64,000 nt of DNA from an uncultured Actinomycetota bacterium (GTDB lineage Bacteria > Actinomycetota > Actinomycetes > JAHEKZ01), in assembly GCA_963718235.1 (NCBI GenBank), contig CAVQYR010000001.1, forward strand, positions 896,001-960,000, read 5' to 3'. Of the stretch, positions 43,654-53,443 are shown piece by piece; positions within the stretch are counted from its first letter, which is position 1, and the number at the start of each line of letters is the position of its first letter. The position numbers and the translations under genes are program-made. The notes below the pieces were generated by a model. The model was not told the DNA's origin. It saw only the letters and a program-made list of their open reading frames with translations, and searched no databases.

Positions 43654-43726
43654 GAGTGGGCACGTATGAGTTCCGTCAAGACGGCCCGGCGCACCACCCA
43701 CGCGGTGGTTCGATCGGGACGTGACG

Positions 43727-44481
43727 ATGACGTGGACGAAGGCGCGACACCGGCCCGCGCTGCGGATCGCGGCGGCGGCGCGCTCCGCTCGCCGCCTGCT
43801 CGGTCCTCGCTGTCTTCCGGGACAGCGTCACCCAGGCGACCGCCGCACTCGTGCTGGTCGTCGTCGTCGTGGCGGTCGCCGCTACCGGTGACCGGGTAGC
43901 GGGCATCGTTGCCGCAGTGTCGAGCGGGGTGTGGTTCGACTTCTTCCTGACCCAGCCGTACGGCACGTTCGCCATCACCGACTCCAACGACGTCGAGGTG
44001 GTGATCCTGCTCGTGCTCGTGGGGTCAGCGGTTGCCGAGCTTGCGCTGTGGGGGCTGCGGCAGCAGTCCAGGGCCAGTCGCCGGAGTGGCTACCTCGACG
44101 GTGTGCTCCGAGCCGCAGCGATCGCGACGGAGCGGCAGACTTCGCCGCGAGGCCCTCATCGGCCTCGTCACGGACGAGATCGTCGATGTCCTGGGCATCG
44201 ATGCCGGCCGGTTCGTCCCTGACATCACCGTGCCCGCACACGCCGCGGTCCTCGAACAGTCAGGACTCGTTAGCCGGCATGGTCGGGTGGTCGACGTCGA
44301 GCGGGACGGCCTGCCCACGGACGGCGAGATCGCGCTGGTGGTCAGCCACGGCGGAGCGGCGGTCGGCCGGTTCATGCTGACCGCGTCGACGCGGGTTGCC
44401 CGGCCTTCGACCGAGCAACGCAAGGTCGCCGTGCTTCTGGCCGACCAGGTCGCCACAGCCCACGCGACACACGAAGGCTGA
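43727..44481 (+). pseudogene. DUF4118 (KdpD-TM-like) membrane protein with two +1 frameshifts
   Basis: WFDFFLTQPYGTFAI motif; frames shift at about 43781 and 44148. Confidence 0.7.
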
Positions 44482-44507
44482 GACCGGACCGCCGGCGAGG
44501 TGTCGCC

Positions 44508-44572
44508 CGCGTCAACCGGAGCTCAGGCTCGAGCAGTCCTCGGTGGTCGGGGTGTTCCACGGTTGCTGGGCC
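44508..44572. repeat. 65-bp direct repeat, copy 1 (orphan 3' end of the lipase gene)
   Basis: 62/65 identical to 46313-46377; 48-bp perfect core 44521-44568. Confidence 0.92.
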
Positions 44573-44589
44573 GTGACCTCAGCCCGATA

Positions 44590-44644
44590 GGTGGTCGTCA
44601 CCCCAGGCCGATGGCGCCCGTCGATCTCGGCCTGGACGACCACC
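44590..44644. other. 18-bp-stem hairpin with a 4-nt bulge
   Basis: GGTGGTCGT(cacc)CCAGGCCGA ... TCGGCCTGG-ACGACCACC. Confidence 0.6.
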
Positions 44645-44680
44645 CGCGCAGAGTCACGGGGACTCCACTAGCATCCGCGG

Positions 44681-46174
44681 ATGGTCGAACGCCCGCAGGT
44701 CGTCGTCGTGGGAGCAGGTCTCGCCGGACTTCGGTGCGCTGAGCGGTTGGCCCGATCCGGATCGGTCCACGTCGTGCTGCTCGAGGCGCAGGAGCGCGTC
44801 GGTGGGCGATGCTGGTCGTCGCACGGGTGGGCCGACGGTCAGGTGGGCGAGCATGGCGGGGAGCTGATCGAGCCGGGCCAGGCACGTGTTCTGGCACTCG
44901 CAAACGAGCTCGACCTCACCCTGGAGTCACGGCCAGCGGGTCGCCGCGACGTCCGGCTGGTACGGCACGGGGTGGGTAGCGACATGGTGGCCCTGCCCGG
45001 TTTCGTTGAGCTGCTGGGCGCCCTCGAAGAAGACCTGACCCGCATCGGGCCGGTCGACTACCGGGCGCCGAGCAGTGCCCTCGTCGCCCTTGACGAGATG
45101 ACCGTCGCGGACTGGATCGAGGCCCAGGTCGACGGTGGTCGCCGCTCCGAGCTCGGCCAGGTGCTCGAGATGTCCACCTGCCTGGGGCTGGGACGCAGTG
45201 CGTCGGAGCTGTCGGCGGTCTCGCTCATCCACCTCTGGCTCGGCCTCCCTGATGTGGACGACACCGGCGACGCCTTCCGTTTCGGGCAGAACGTGGACGA
45301 CGACGAGGAGGACGAGGACCCGAGCTTCAACGACGCTGTGGTCTCGACCGTCGTCGACTCCTTCCACGTTGCAGGCGGCAACGACCTGATGGCCCGAGCA
45401 CTCGCCGACCGGCTGCCCGACGGTTGCCTGCAGCTCGCGAGCCCGGTCGCCTCGGTCAGCAGGCGAGCCGACGGTCGCCTGGTCGTCGAGGTCGCCGGCG
45501 ACTCGCAGCCGCTGGTCGCCGACCGCGTCGTGCTCGCCGCCCCGCTGGGGGCGCTGGGCAACATCGACCTCTCCGGTGCGGACCTGTCCCAGCGTCGTCA
45601 CGACGCGTTCGCACAGCTGCTGATGGGGCAGCACTCGAAGGTCCTCGCGCAGCTGGACGAACGGCCGGAGATGATCGCCGGATGGCCACGCGTCGGGCTG
45701 TTCGACGGACCGGTCGGTGTCGGCTGGGCGACGTCGGAGGGGCAGCCGGGTCAAGCCGGTCTGTTCACGCTGTTCGCCCAGCACGTCGTCTCGCCCCCCG
45801 CAGGCGGACACGGCGACGCAGACTCCGAGACCCGGTCGTGGCTCGGCTCCCTGCTGACCGCGATGACCCCCGGCGCTGCCGACCACCTGGGGTCCAGGGT
45901 CTGGGCCGACAGCTGGGTCCACGACCCGTGGACGGGCGGGTCGTACGCAGCGTTCGGGCCGGGCCACTACGCCCGCTACGCCGGCTTCATGGGCCAGCCG
46001 GAGGGCAACATCCACTTCGCCGGGGAGCACACGGTCCTTTCGACCATGGGCTACCTCGACGGTGCTGTCGGCAGCGGCGAGCGCGCAGCGCGGGAGGTTC
46101 TCGCCTCGCTGAGTCACCGACCAGTCACCGACCCTGAGGACCGCCGGGCGCATCGCACACACGGTGCGCGTTGA
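44681..46174 (+). CDS. Flavin monoamine oxidase family protein
   Basis: GAGLAG, RVGGR, EHGGELI, WVHDPWTGGSY, FAGEHT..GYLDGAVGSG. Confidence 0.9.
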   Translation: MVERPQVVVVGAGLAGLRCAERLARSGSVHVVLLEAQERVGGRCWSSHGWADGQVGEHGGELIEPGQARVLALANELDLTLESRPAGRRDVRLVRHGVGSDMVALPGFVELLGALEEDLTRIGPVDYRAPSSALVALDEMTVADWIEAQVDGGRRSELGQVLEMSTCLGLGRSASELSAVSLIHLWLGLPDVDDTGDAFRFGQNVDDDEEDEDPSFNDAVVSTVVDSFHVAGGNDLMARALADRLPDGCLQLASPVASVSRRADGRLVVEVAGDSQPLVADRVVLAAPLGALGNIDLSGADLSQRRHDAFAQLLMGQHSKVLAQLDERPEMIAGWPRVGLFDGPVGVGWATSEGQPGQAGLFTLFAQHVVSPPAGGHGDADSETRSWLGSLLTAMTPGAADHLGSRVWADSWVHDPWTGGSYAAFGPGHYARYAGFMGQPEGNIHFAGEHTVLSTMGYLDGAVGSGERAAREVLASLSHRPVTDPEDRRAHRTHGAR

Positions 46175-46312
46175 CGGGGTGTGTTAAGACCCTGAGGATC
46201 CCGGTACCGGGCACATGACCGCGCGAAGCACGGCGGAGTTACCACCCGCGGACAGTCGGATCAGGGTGCGATCAGCGGAGTCTTCGAGGCCAAGCGGTGT
46301 GAGGTCGGCGGA

Positions 46313-46377
46313 CGCGTCAACCCGCGCTCAGGCTCGAGCAGTCCTCGGTGGTCGGGGTGTTCCACGGTTGCTGCGCC
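46313..46377. repeat. 65-bp direct repeat, copy 2 (current 3' end of the lipase gene)
   Basis: Matches 44508-44572. Confidence 0.92.
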
Positions 46378-47120
46378 ACTGCGCGCACGACGATCGCGAC
46401 GGACAACCGCTGCGTGACCAGCTGGCCGTGGGCGACCTCGACGTCCGAGCAGACTTCCTGCAGCAGCACGTTGGAGGCACCGTCCATCGCGGTGGTCCCG
46501 TCGGGACGGACGACCTCGTCGGTCGACGACCGGACGGTGATCCAGGCCGGGCCGTCGGGGGTCGGGTCGGGGCTGTTGAGCCGCTCGAGGAGCTCGCTGC
46601 CGGGCACCATCTGCTGACAGGCCGTCGGGCACGCACCGAGGGTCGCTCCGAGGGCCGCGGTCTCCGTCCCCGCGTTCGGCGTCCCGACGGTGACGACCCG
46701 CCGTGCGATTGCTGCGCCACCGAGGTCGCGGGCCCAGGCCCGGGCGACGAGCCCACCCATGGAGAACCCGACCACGTCGACCGGTGCACCTGTGGCCGAG
46801 GCTCGGCCCACGGCGTCGGCGAGCACGGGGGCCATCGCGACGATGTCTCCGGTCCCGTCTCCGGGCAGGGTCACGGTGCTGACCGGGTGTCCTGCGGCGG
46901 ACAGCGCCGCGGCCAGCGAGCGGACACTCGACGGCGAGCCGCCGTACCCGGGCACGAGCACCACTGCCGACAGGGGCTGCTCGGCGGGCTCCTGTGCGGT
47001 CACCGCCGCGGCCGGGTCCGCCTCAGTGCCCAAGAGCGACCGTTGCGCGACCAGCAGCCCGGCGGCAGCGACCAAGGCTGCTGCGGTGACCAGGGTGAAG
47101 CGGGAGCGGACCAGGCTCAC
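46317..47120 (-). CDS. Secreted lipase/esterase (class 2-like alpha/beta hydrolase)
   Basis: N-terminal signal/TM, VLVPGYGG, GFSMGG, GTPNAG, DEVV. Confidence 0.85.
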   Translation of the reverse strand: MSLVRSRFTLVTAAALVAAAGLLVAQRSLLGTEADPAAAVTAQEPAEQPLSAVVLVPGYGGSPSSVRSLAAALSAAGHPVSTVTLPGDGTGDIVAMAPVLADAVGRASATGAPVDVVGFSMGGLVARAWARDLGGAAIARRVVTVGTPNAGTETAALGATLGACPTACQQMVPGSELLERLNSPDPTPDGPAWITVRSSTDEVVRPDGTTAMDGASNVLLQEVCSDVEVAHGQLVTQRLSVAIVVRAVAQQPWNTPTTEDCSSLSAG

Positions 47121-47127
47121 GACGGAG

Positions 47128-47832
47128 TCACCCCTGGCTGACGGCGAGCGCCGACTCGATGGCGTCGAGGCCCTGGTCGCCGGCGACGGCGAAGAAGAAC
47201 ACCCGGGCATCGACCCGTCGGACGCCCTCGGTCCACAGCGGTGTGGCGCCGAGGTGCTCGTCGCGCTCAGCGATGAACGTGTCCGGGCTGTCCCTCAGCA
47301 CGGTGACGGTGGCGCGCGAGCTGCGGGACTCCTGGCACGTACGCATGACCTGGGCGCGACGCTGGAAGAACGAGACAGCGACCTCCGGGGACGAGAACTC
47401 GAGCACGAGACCCACCGCCGGAGTCCCGTCGTCTCGACCATACGTGACCTCGAGTGCGGCCTCCGGGGTCGGGAGGACCAGCGGTCGGCAGCCGAGCGGG
47501 GTGATGGCGGCAACCACCTCGTCGACGTCGCGCGCCATGGCCGGTGTCCCGTTGCCCTGGTAGCCGTCTTCGGTGCTCCCGTTGTCCACGCGGTACTCCC
47601 ACCGAGGCCCCAGGGACCTGGGCTTGGGGAGGGATGCCTGGCTCAGGCTGCCGCTGCGGTCGGAGGGAACCGTCGGGTCCGGTCGGGCGGACACGGCGTC
47701 GAACGGTGCGGTCGTCGTCGACGCTGTGTTCGACGGGGAGCATCCCGCCAGGAGCACGGTGAGGAGCAGGAGCCCGACGCACGACAACGCCGGTCCGACC
47801 CTGCGGCCCGGTCCGGTGGGGTCACCCACCAT
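47128..47832 (-). CDS. Lipoprotein of unknown function
   Basis: Lipobox LLAGC, Ser/Thr linker, two further Cys. Confidence 0.72.
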   Translation of the reverse strand: MVGDPTGPGRRVGPALSCVGLLLLTVLLAGCSPSNTASTTTAPFDAVSARPDPTVPSDRSGSLSQASLPKPRSLGPRWEYRVDNGSTEDGYQGNGTPAMARDVDEVVAAITPLGCRPLVLPTPEAALEVTYGRDDGTPAVGLVLEFSSPEVAVSFFQRRAQVMRTCQESRSSRATVTVLRDSPDTFIAERDEHLGATPLWTEGVRRVDARVFFFAVAGDQGLDAIESALAVSQG

Positions 47833-49213
47833 TGCGCGACCAGTGCTGGTAGTCGGGGTTGCTCCACCGAGCTCCCCACAACCAGCCTCGATCGAACAGC
47901 GCCGAGGCGATCACGGAGCCCGCCGTGATCACTCCAGGGTCGCGCCGGTGCTCGCTGCGGTTGTGGTAATAGCGCCGGGCGGCAGCTGCCGGGTAGACGC
48001 GCGAGTTCGTGACGTACGGGTTCTCGAACGGGTTGATGTCGATGGCGTCGCCCCAGGAGTGCTGCGACATCCGGTAGGGGTTCCCGGTGACGTGCCGGCA
48101 GTTGAACGCCGATGTGGCTCCCGCTGCCATCGCGCGTTCGTCGACGCCTCGATAGGCATCCGCCGGCACCAGCTTCTTGATCGCGAAGTCCCCGCGCAGC
48201 GCTGCTCGGAAGACGTGGATGTAGTCGGCCACCACCCAGGACGAGCCGATCAGGGTCCCCCGCTGCACGCGTCCCTGGTAGTCCCAGTAGTTCAGGTCGA
48301 TCGCTCGCAGCCGCTCGGGGCCGACCGGACAGCCGGGCCGCCAGGTGTAGGGCACTGCACGACGGGTGACACCGCGCACCGTCGGGTCCAGCCGCACCAC
48401 GACGTGCACGCGCTCCACGTCGCTGGTCGCGATCCCCCCGTCGGGCCAGGCGGCCTCGGCACGCCAGCGGACGACGCCCGGAGCGCGAGGGATCCACTCG
48501 CTGGTGAACGACCCGTCACGGCGCACGGTGACCGTCCCGGCGCGGGTCCAGTCTGCGTCGGTTCGCCGGAACAGCCGCACCGTGGGTCGACCCTCGTCGG
48601 TCGGGGTGACCACTCCGCTCAGAGACTGGGTCGCGAGGGCGTGCGCGACGGGTCGAGCCCGCAGTCGCACGACCTGCGTGCGTCCGACCGCGACCGTGAT
48701 CGTGGCCGAGGCCTCGCCGCCTCGGCCGTCGACCACGGTGTATGTGAGGGTGTCGACGCCGACCTGCGTCCCGTTAGGGGTGTAGCGCACGACATCGCCC
48801 TCGACGAGAGCCTGACCGAGCACGCCGGGAGTCACCGCGACCACGTGAAGCGGGTCACCCTCGGTGTCGCTGTCGTTGTCGAGGACAGCGATCACGACGC
48901 TCGACCCCCAGCGCACCGCCGTGAGGTCGTCGACGACCAGAGGGTCGGTGTTGGTGGATGGACCGGTGGCCCCGCTGCCGGGCGGCGTCGGGTCGGCGGC
49001 GGTGCTCGGCGAGGTCGCGGCCGCCGGGTCGGACACGGTGTCGGGCGCGGGGTCAGACGTGCTCCCGGAGGGGGAGGGGCTGGACGTGGGGGCCGGCGTG
49101 GTGGCATCGACGGGCGCGACCGGGTCGTCGGCGGATGCGGCCATGGCGGGGACCAGGGCCGCAGCGAGCGCGAGCCCTGCGAGCGTGGTGACGAACGCGG
49201 TATGTCGGTGCAC
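47822..49213 (-). CDS. Secreted M15-family D,D-carboxypeptidase-like protein with Ig-like domains
   Basis: Signal peptide; VLDNDSDTEGDPL..YTP..YTVVDG Ig repeat; SQHSWGDAIDINP and DYQH zinc motifs. Confidence 0.85.
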   Translation of the reverse strand: MHRHTAFVTTLAGLALAAALVPAMAASADDPVAPVDATTPAPTSSPSPSGSTSDPAPDTVSDPAAATSPSTAADPTPPGSGATGPSTNTDPLVVDDLTAVRWGSSVVIAVLDNDSDTEGDPLHVVAVTPGVLGQALVEGDVVRYTPNGTQVGVDTLTYTVVDGRGGEASATITVAVGRTQVVRLRARPVAHALATQSLSGVVTPTDEGRPTVRLFRRTDADWTRAGTVTVRRDGSFTSEWIPRAPGVVRWRAEAAWPDGGIATSDVERVHVVVRLDPTVRGVTRRAVPYTWRPGCPVGPERLRAIDLNYWDYQGRVQRGTLIGSSWVVADYIHVFRAALRGDFAIKKLVPADAYRGVDERAMAAGATSAFNCRHVTGNPYRMSQHSWGDAIDINPFENPYVTNSRVYPAAAARRYYHNRSEHRRDPGVITAGSVIASALFDRGWLWGARWSNPDYQHWSRNGG

Positions 49214-49345
49214 GGATGTCCTCGGGTGGCAGTCGGTCCCCCTAGGCGGCATCGGCACGAGTCCCCAAGGAGTTGACCCCGTGCCGGTCCCGGGCTTGGC
49301 GTCGGGCCACCGGACGCGTGCTCGGGTCGCGTACCCTCGTGACAC

Positions 49346-50455
49346 GTGGCCACCCTCGAACCCGCCGACGCGATCAAAGAGCTCGACGCGACCTTGACCA
49401 GCGTCGAGGCCGTGCTCGACCTCGACGGACTGCGCGCAGAGGCGGGTGGGCTGGAGCAGCGGGCGGCCGCCCCGGACCTGTGGGACGACGTCGAGGCGGC
49501 GCAGCGGATCACCAGCCGGCTGTCCTTCGTGCAGGGAGAGATCCGCCGGGCCGAGACCCTTCGCCAGCGGGTCGACGACCTCGCGGTGCTGCTCGAGCTG
49601 GCCGACGCGGAGGCCGACGCCGAGGTGGCCGGCGAGGTCGATGCGGAGATCGTCGATCTGCAGAAGCAGATCGGCGACCTCGAGGTCCGCACACTTCTGT
49701 CCGGTGAGTACGACGCCCGTGAGGCGCTGATGACCATTCGCGCCGAAGCAGGCGGAGTCGACGCAGCCGACTTCGCGGACATGCTCATGCGCATGTACAC
49801 GCGGTGGGCGGAGCGCCACGGCTACAAGGTCGAGGTCTTCGACATCTCCTACGCCGAGGAGGCCGGGATCAAGTCGGCCACCTTCCGGATCGACGCTCCC
49901 TACGCCTACGGAACCCTCAGCGTGGAGCAGGGCACTCACCGGCTGGTGCGGATCTCACCGTTCGACAACCAGGGGCGTCGTCAGACGTCGTTCGCCGGGG
50001 TCGAGGTCCTCCCGGTCGTCGAGCAGACCGACCACATCGAGATCCCCGAGAACGAGATCCGGATCGACGTGTTCCGCTCGAGCGGGCCGGGCGGCCAGAG
50101 CGTCAACACCACCGACTCCGCCGTACGGATCACCCACCTGCCGACTGGCATCGTGGTCAGCTGCCAGAACGAGAAGAGCCAGATCCAGAACCGGGCCGCC
50201 GCGCTGCGTGTCCTCCAGTCGCGCCTGCTGGCTCGTCGCCAGGAGGAGGAGCAGGCCAAGATGAACGCGCTGAAGGGCGACACCAGCGGCTCCTGGGGCA
50301 ACCAGATGCGCTCCTACGTGCTGCACCCCTACCAGATGGTCAAGGACCTGCGGACCGAGCACGAGGTGGGCAACCCGGCCGCGGTGCTGGACGGTGACAT
50401 CGACGACTTCATCGAGGCCGGGATCCGGTGGCGGATGCGCCGCGACCGGTCGTGA
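49346..50455 (+). CDS. prfB: Peptide chain release factor 2
   Basis: [14 protein letters not shown]; single continuous frame. Confidence 0.97.
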   Translation: MATLEPADAIKELDATLTSVEAVLDLDGLRAEAGGLEQRAAAPDLWDDVEAAQRITSRLSFVQGEIRRAETLRQRVDDLAVLLELADAEADAEVAGEVDAEIVDLQKQIGDLEVRTLLSGEYDAREALMTIRAEAGGVDAADFADMLMRMYTRWAERHGYKVEVFDISYAEEAGIKSATFRIDAPYAYGTLSVEQGTHRLVRISPFDNQGRRQTSFAGVEVLPVVEQTDHIEIPENEIRIDVFRSSGPGGQSVNTTDSAVRITHLPTGIVVSCQNEKSQIQNRAAALRVLQSRLLARRQEEEQAKMNALKGDTSGSWGNQMRSYVLHPYQMVKDLRTEHEVGNPAAVLDGDIDDFIEAGIRWRMRRDRS

Positions 50456-50680
50456 CCCATACGTGGCGATCCGGTCACTGAGTGTCACCAAGGCCCGTCG
50501 CACCCGGGTGAGCAGGTCCGTTCGAGTCCCACACTGCGTGACCGTTCTTCGCTAGGGTGACCGCAGAGCCGGGGAGGCTTGGATCCGTGACCTGTTACAC
50601 GGTCACCTGCGGGCGCGCAGCCCGGCGGTCACGGGGAGCCAGCGGTGAGACCGACCCCACTCGTGAGGAAGGGATCGGTC

Positions 50681-51622
50681 ATGGGGGTTTCCCGACCCGC
50701 TCGGGCTGCTCGCTGGGCGGGCGTGGCACTCGTCGCACTCGCACCGCTGCCGCTGCTCGCGGTCGCAGCCTCGGCCGACACCACGTCTCTCACGGCGCGC
50801 TCGACGAGTGGTTCCGGCGGGAGTCTCAGCATCCACGACGAGAGCACGCCGGCCGGCACTCCCGGCGACGACCTGGTCACTTGCGTCTTCAGCGTCGAGG
50901 GCTTCTCCTTCGCCACCGGCCAGACCGGCTTCGTGCTGCTCGAACCGCTGGGCGGCGACGGCCAGGGCAGCGGCGGCGGGGACAGCCCGGTCGGCCCGCT
51001 CGCGTGGGGACCGGCCGACGGCAGCGGGTTCGCGGCCACCGACTACATCAACAGCGGCAGTGGGTTCCGTGCCGTCAACGGCGCGTACCAGGCGGTGCTC
51101 TACCGCAAGATGCTGCCCACCGGTGAGCTGACCGACGTGGTGGCGACCTCCAGCGTCTTCACCGTCGACTGCGGCGGCGACAACACGGCCTCGCCCAAGC
51201 CGACCAAGTCGAGTGGCTCGCCACGCCCAACCACCACGTCGGCCTCGGTCACCCCGACCACGACCTCCGGGTCGGTCACCCCGACCACGACCTCCGGGTC
51301 GGTCACCCCGACCACGACCTCCGGGTCGGTCACCCCGACGACGACCTCCGGGTCGGTCACCCCGACGTCGACGTCGCCGTCGTTCACCGAGGGCTCGAGC
51401 AGCGCCCCGGGCACCACGTCGGCGCCTGGGCCGACCAAGACGAGCAAGCAGCCCACGGTGCTCCCGACCCGGTCCAGCCAGCCGGCCGTGCTGCCCCAGA
51501 CCGGTGCGGGGTTCCCGACCGCCCCGGCTCTGGCCGCCTCACTGCTGCTGATCGTCGTGGGTGGGGTGCTCATCCTCGGCCCGGGACGTGCCGTACCGGC
51601 CAGTAGGCACCGGCGCCACTGA
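50681..51622 (+). CDS. LPXTG cell-wall-anchored protein with Thr/Ser stalk
   Basis: Signal peptide ASA|D, LPQTG plus TM plus RHRRH tail. Confidence 0.8.
   Translation: MGVSRPARAARWAGVALVALAPLPLLAVAASADTTSLTARSTSGSGGSLSIHDESTPAGTPGDDLVTCVFSVEGFSFATGQTGFVLLEPLGGDGQGSGGGDSPVGPLAWGPADGSGFAATDYINSGSGFRAVNGAYQAVLYRKMLPTGELTDVVATSSVFTVDCGGDNTASPKPTKSSGSPRPTTTSASVTPTTTSGSVTPTTTSGSVTPTTTSGSVTPTTTSGSVTPTSTSPSFTEGSSSAPGTTSAPGPTKTSKQPTVLPTRSSQPAVLPQTGAGFPTAPALAASLLLIVVGGVLILGPGRAVPASRHRRH
51245..51367 (+). repeat. 27-bp tandem repeat (about 4.5 copies) encoding SVTPTTTSG
   Basis: TCGGTCACCCCGACCACGACCTCCGGG units at 51245, 51272, 51299, 51326 plus a partial copy. Confidence 0.95.
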
Positions 51623-51786
51623 CCCCTGACCGGCTGCGCCGACCGTGACCCACGGACGGCGCGCCGGGCTGTGCCTGGCCGAACCCACGTCCGGGGCCCC
51701 GTAGACTCCCCTCATCCGGCCGTCCTCGGCCCGCCCGCGGGCCTGCTTCCCCCAGCCCCCGACCCGGCCGGTGTGAGACGACTGCC

Positions 51787-52476
51787 GTGATCAGGTTCGA
51801 CGACGTCACCAAGGTGTACGCCAGCCAGGCCCGCCCCGCCCTCGACGGTGTGACCGCCGAGATCGAGAAGGGCGAGTTCGTGTTCCTCGTGGGCGCGTCC
51901 GGCTCCGGCAAGTCGACCTTCCTGAGGCTCGTGCTGCGCGAGGAACGGGCGACCGACGGCGTCGTGTACGTCGCGGGCAAGGACGTGTCCCGGCTCTCCA
52001 ACTGGAAGGTGCCGCAGCTGCGCCGCCAGATCGGCACCGTGTTCCAGGACTTCCGGCTGTTGCCGAACAAGACCGTGCACGGCAACGTCGCCTTCGCCCT
52101 GGAAGTGACGGGCCGTCCGCAGCACGCCATCTCCAAGGTGGTGCCGGAGGTGCTGGAGCTCGTCGGTCTCGCCGGTAAGGAGGGGCGGTACCCCGGTGAG
52201 CTGTCCGGGGGTGAGCAGCAGCGGGTGGCCATCGCGCGCGCGTTCGCCAACCGGCCCTCGATCCTGATCGCTGACGAGCCCACCGGGAACCTCGACCCCA
52301 ACACGTCGGTGGGGATCATGAAGCTGCTCGACCGGATCAACCGCACGGGCACCACGGTGGTGATGGCCACCCACGACGCCGAAATCGTCGACCAGATGCG
52401 CAAGCGGGTCATCGAGCTCGAGAAGGGCCTGTTGATCCGCGACCAGGCACGAGGGGTCTACGGGTTCGCCCGCTGA
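51787..52476 (+). CDS. ftsE: Cell division ATP-binding protein FtsE
   Basis: [31 protein letters not shown]. Confidence 0.96.
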   Translation: MIRFDDVTKVYASQARPALDGVTAEIEKGEFVFLVGASGSGKSTFLRLVLREERATDGVVYVAGKDVSRLSNWKVPQLRRQIGTVFQDFRLLPNKTVHGNVAFALEVTGRPQHAISKVVPEVLELVGLAGKEGRYPGELSGGEQQRVAIARAFANRPSILIADEPTGNLDPNTSVGIMKLLDRINRTGTTVVMATHDAEIVDQMRKRVIELEKGLLIRDQARGVYGFAR

Positions 52477-52512
52477 CCTCTCGACCCGAACTGCCCTCAA
52501 CCGAGAAGAGCC

Positions 52513-53418
52513 ATGCGTCCACAACTGATCCTGAGCGAAGCCGCGACCGGGTTGCGCCGCAACATCACCATGACCGTTGCGGCGGTGCTCGTCATCGCCA
52601 TCGCCCTGGCTCTGTTCGGCGTGGCGCTTCTGATCAGGCAGCAGATCAACGTGATGAAGGGCTTCTGGTACGACAAGGTCGAGGTGTCGATCTTCCTGTG
52701 CGGCGAGACCTCCGACGCACCGAGCTGTGCTGACGGCGCGGTCACCGACGCGCAGCGTCTGCAGATCCAGGCCGACCTGCAGGCGACCCCCCAGGTCGAG
52801 AAGGTCTTCTACGAGTCCAAGGAACGCGCGTTCGAGCTCTTCAAGGAGCAGTTCAGCGACTCGGCGATCGTCGACAACGTGACCGCGGAGTCGCTTCCGG
52901 AGTCGTTCCGGGTGAAGCTGCGCAACCCTGAGACCGACTACGTCATCGTCGCCAGTCAGTTCGACGGGCGCCCTGGCATCGAGCGCGTCGTCGACCAGCG
53001 GGAGTACTTCAGCCAGCTGTTCAGCGTGCTCAACACCTTCCGGTTCGCCTCGCTGCTGATCGCCGGGTTCGCCCTGGCCGCGATGGTGCTCCTGATCGTC
53101 GTCGTGATCCGGGTCGCCGCCTTCAGCCGCCGTCGGGAGACCGGGATCATGCGGCTGGTCGGTGCGTCCAACTTCTCCATCCAGCTACCGTTCCTGCTCG
53201 AGGGGGCGTTCGCCGGGCTGGTGGGCGCTGCCCTGGCCGTCACGCTGCTCGCAGTCGGCAAGGTCTTCCTGGTCGGCAACCTGTCGGACAAGATCCAGTT
53301 CACCCCGTTCATCAACTGGAGCGACTTCGGGATCACCTTCGCCGTGCTCTTCGCTCTCGGGGTGGGGCTGTCCGGTCTGATCTCCTACCTCGCCCTGCTG
53401 AAGTACCTTCGAGTGTGA
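52513..53418 (+). CDS. ftsX: Cell division permease FtsX
   Basis: GLRRNITMT, SRRRETGIMRLVGAS..QLPFLLEG. Confidence 0.95.
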   Translation: MRPQLILSEAATGLRRNITMTVAAVLVIAIALALFGVALLIRQQINVMKGFWYDKVEVSIFLCGETSDAPSCADGAVTDAQRLQIQADLQATPQVEKVFYESKERAFELFKEQFSDSAIVDNVTAESLPESFRVKLRNPETDYVIVASQFDGRPGIERVVDQREYFSQLFSVLNTFRFASLLIAGFALAAMVLLIVVVIRVAAFSRRRETGIMRLVGASNFSIQLPFLLEGAFAGLVGAALAVTLLAVGKVFLVGNLSDKIQFTPFINWSDFGITFAVLFALGVGLSGLISYLALLKYLRV

Positions 53419-53443
53419 GCCGAGCCTGAGGAGAGGAGGAGCC

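Noticed and set aside
49346-50455. Programmed +1 frameshift in prfB
   Set aside because: The ORF is continuous with no CTT-TGA slip site, as is normal for actinomycetes
50515-50535. tRNA-like TTCGAGTCCC
   Set aside because: The flanks do not form a T-stem and no cloverleaf can be built
50560-50680. c-di-AMP (ydaO) riboswitch
   Set aside because: Lacks the characteristic GGGGTGAATC and CCCGTCAGCTAAC blocks
51245-51367. Possible CRISPR array
   Set aside because: Contiguous in-frame 27-bp repeats without spacers inside a CDS; no cas genes
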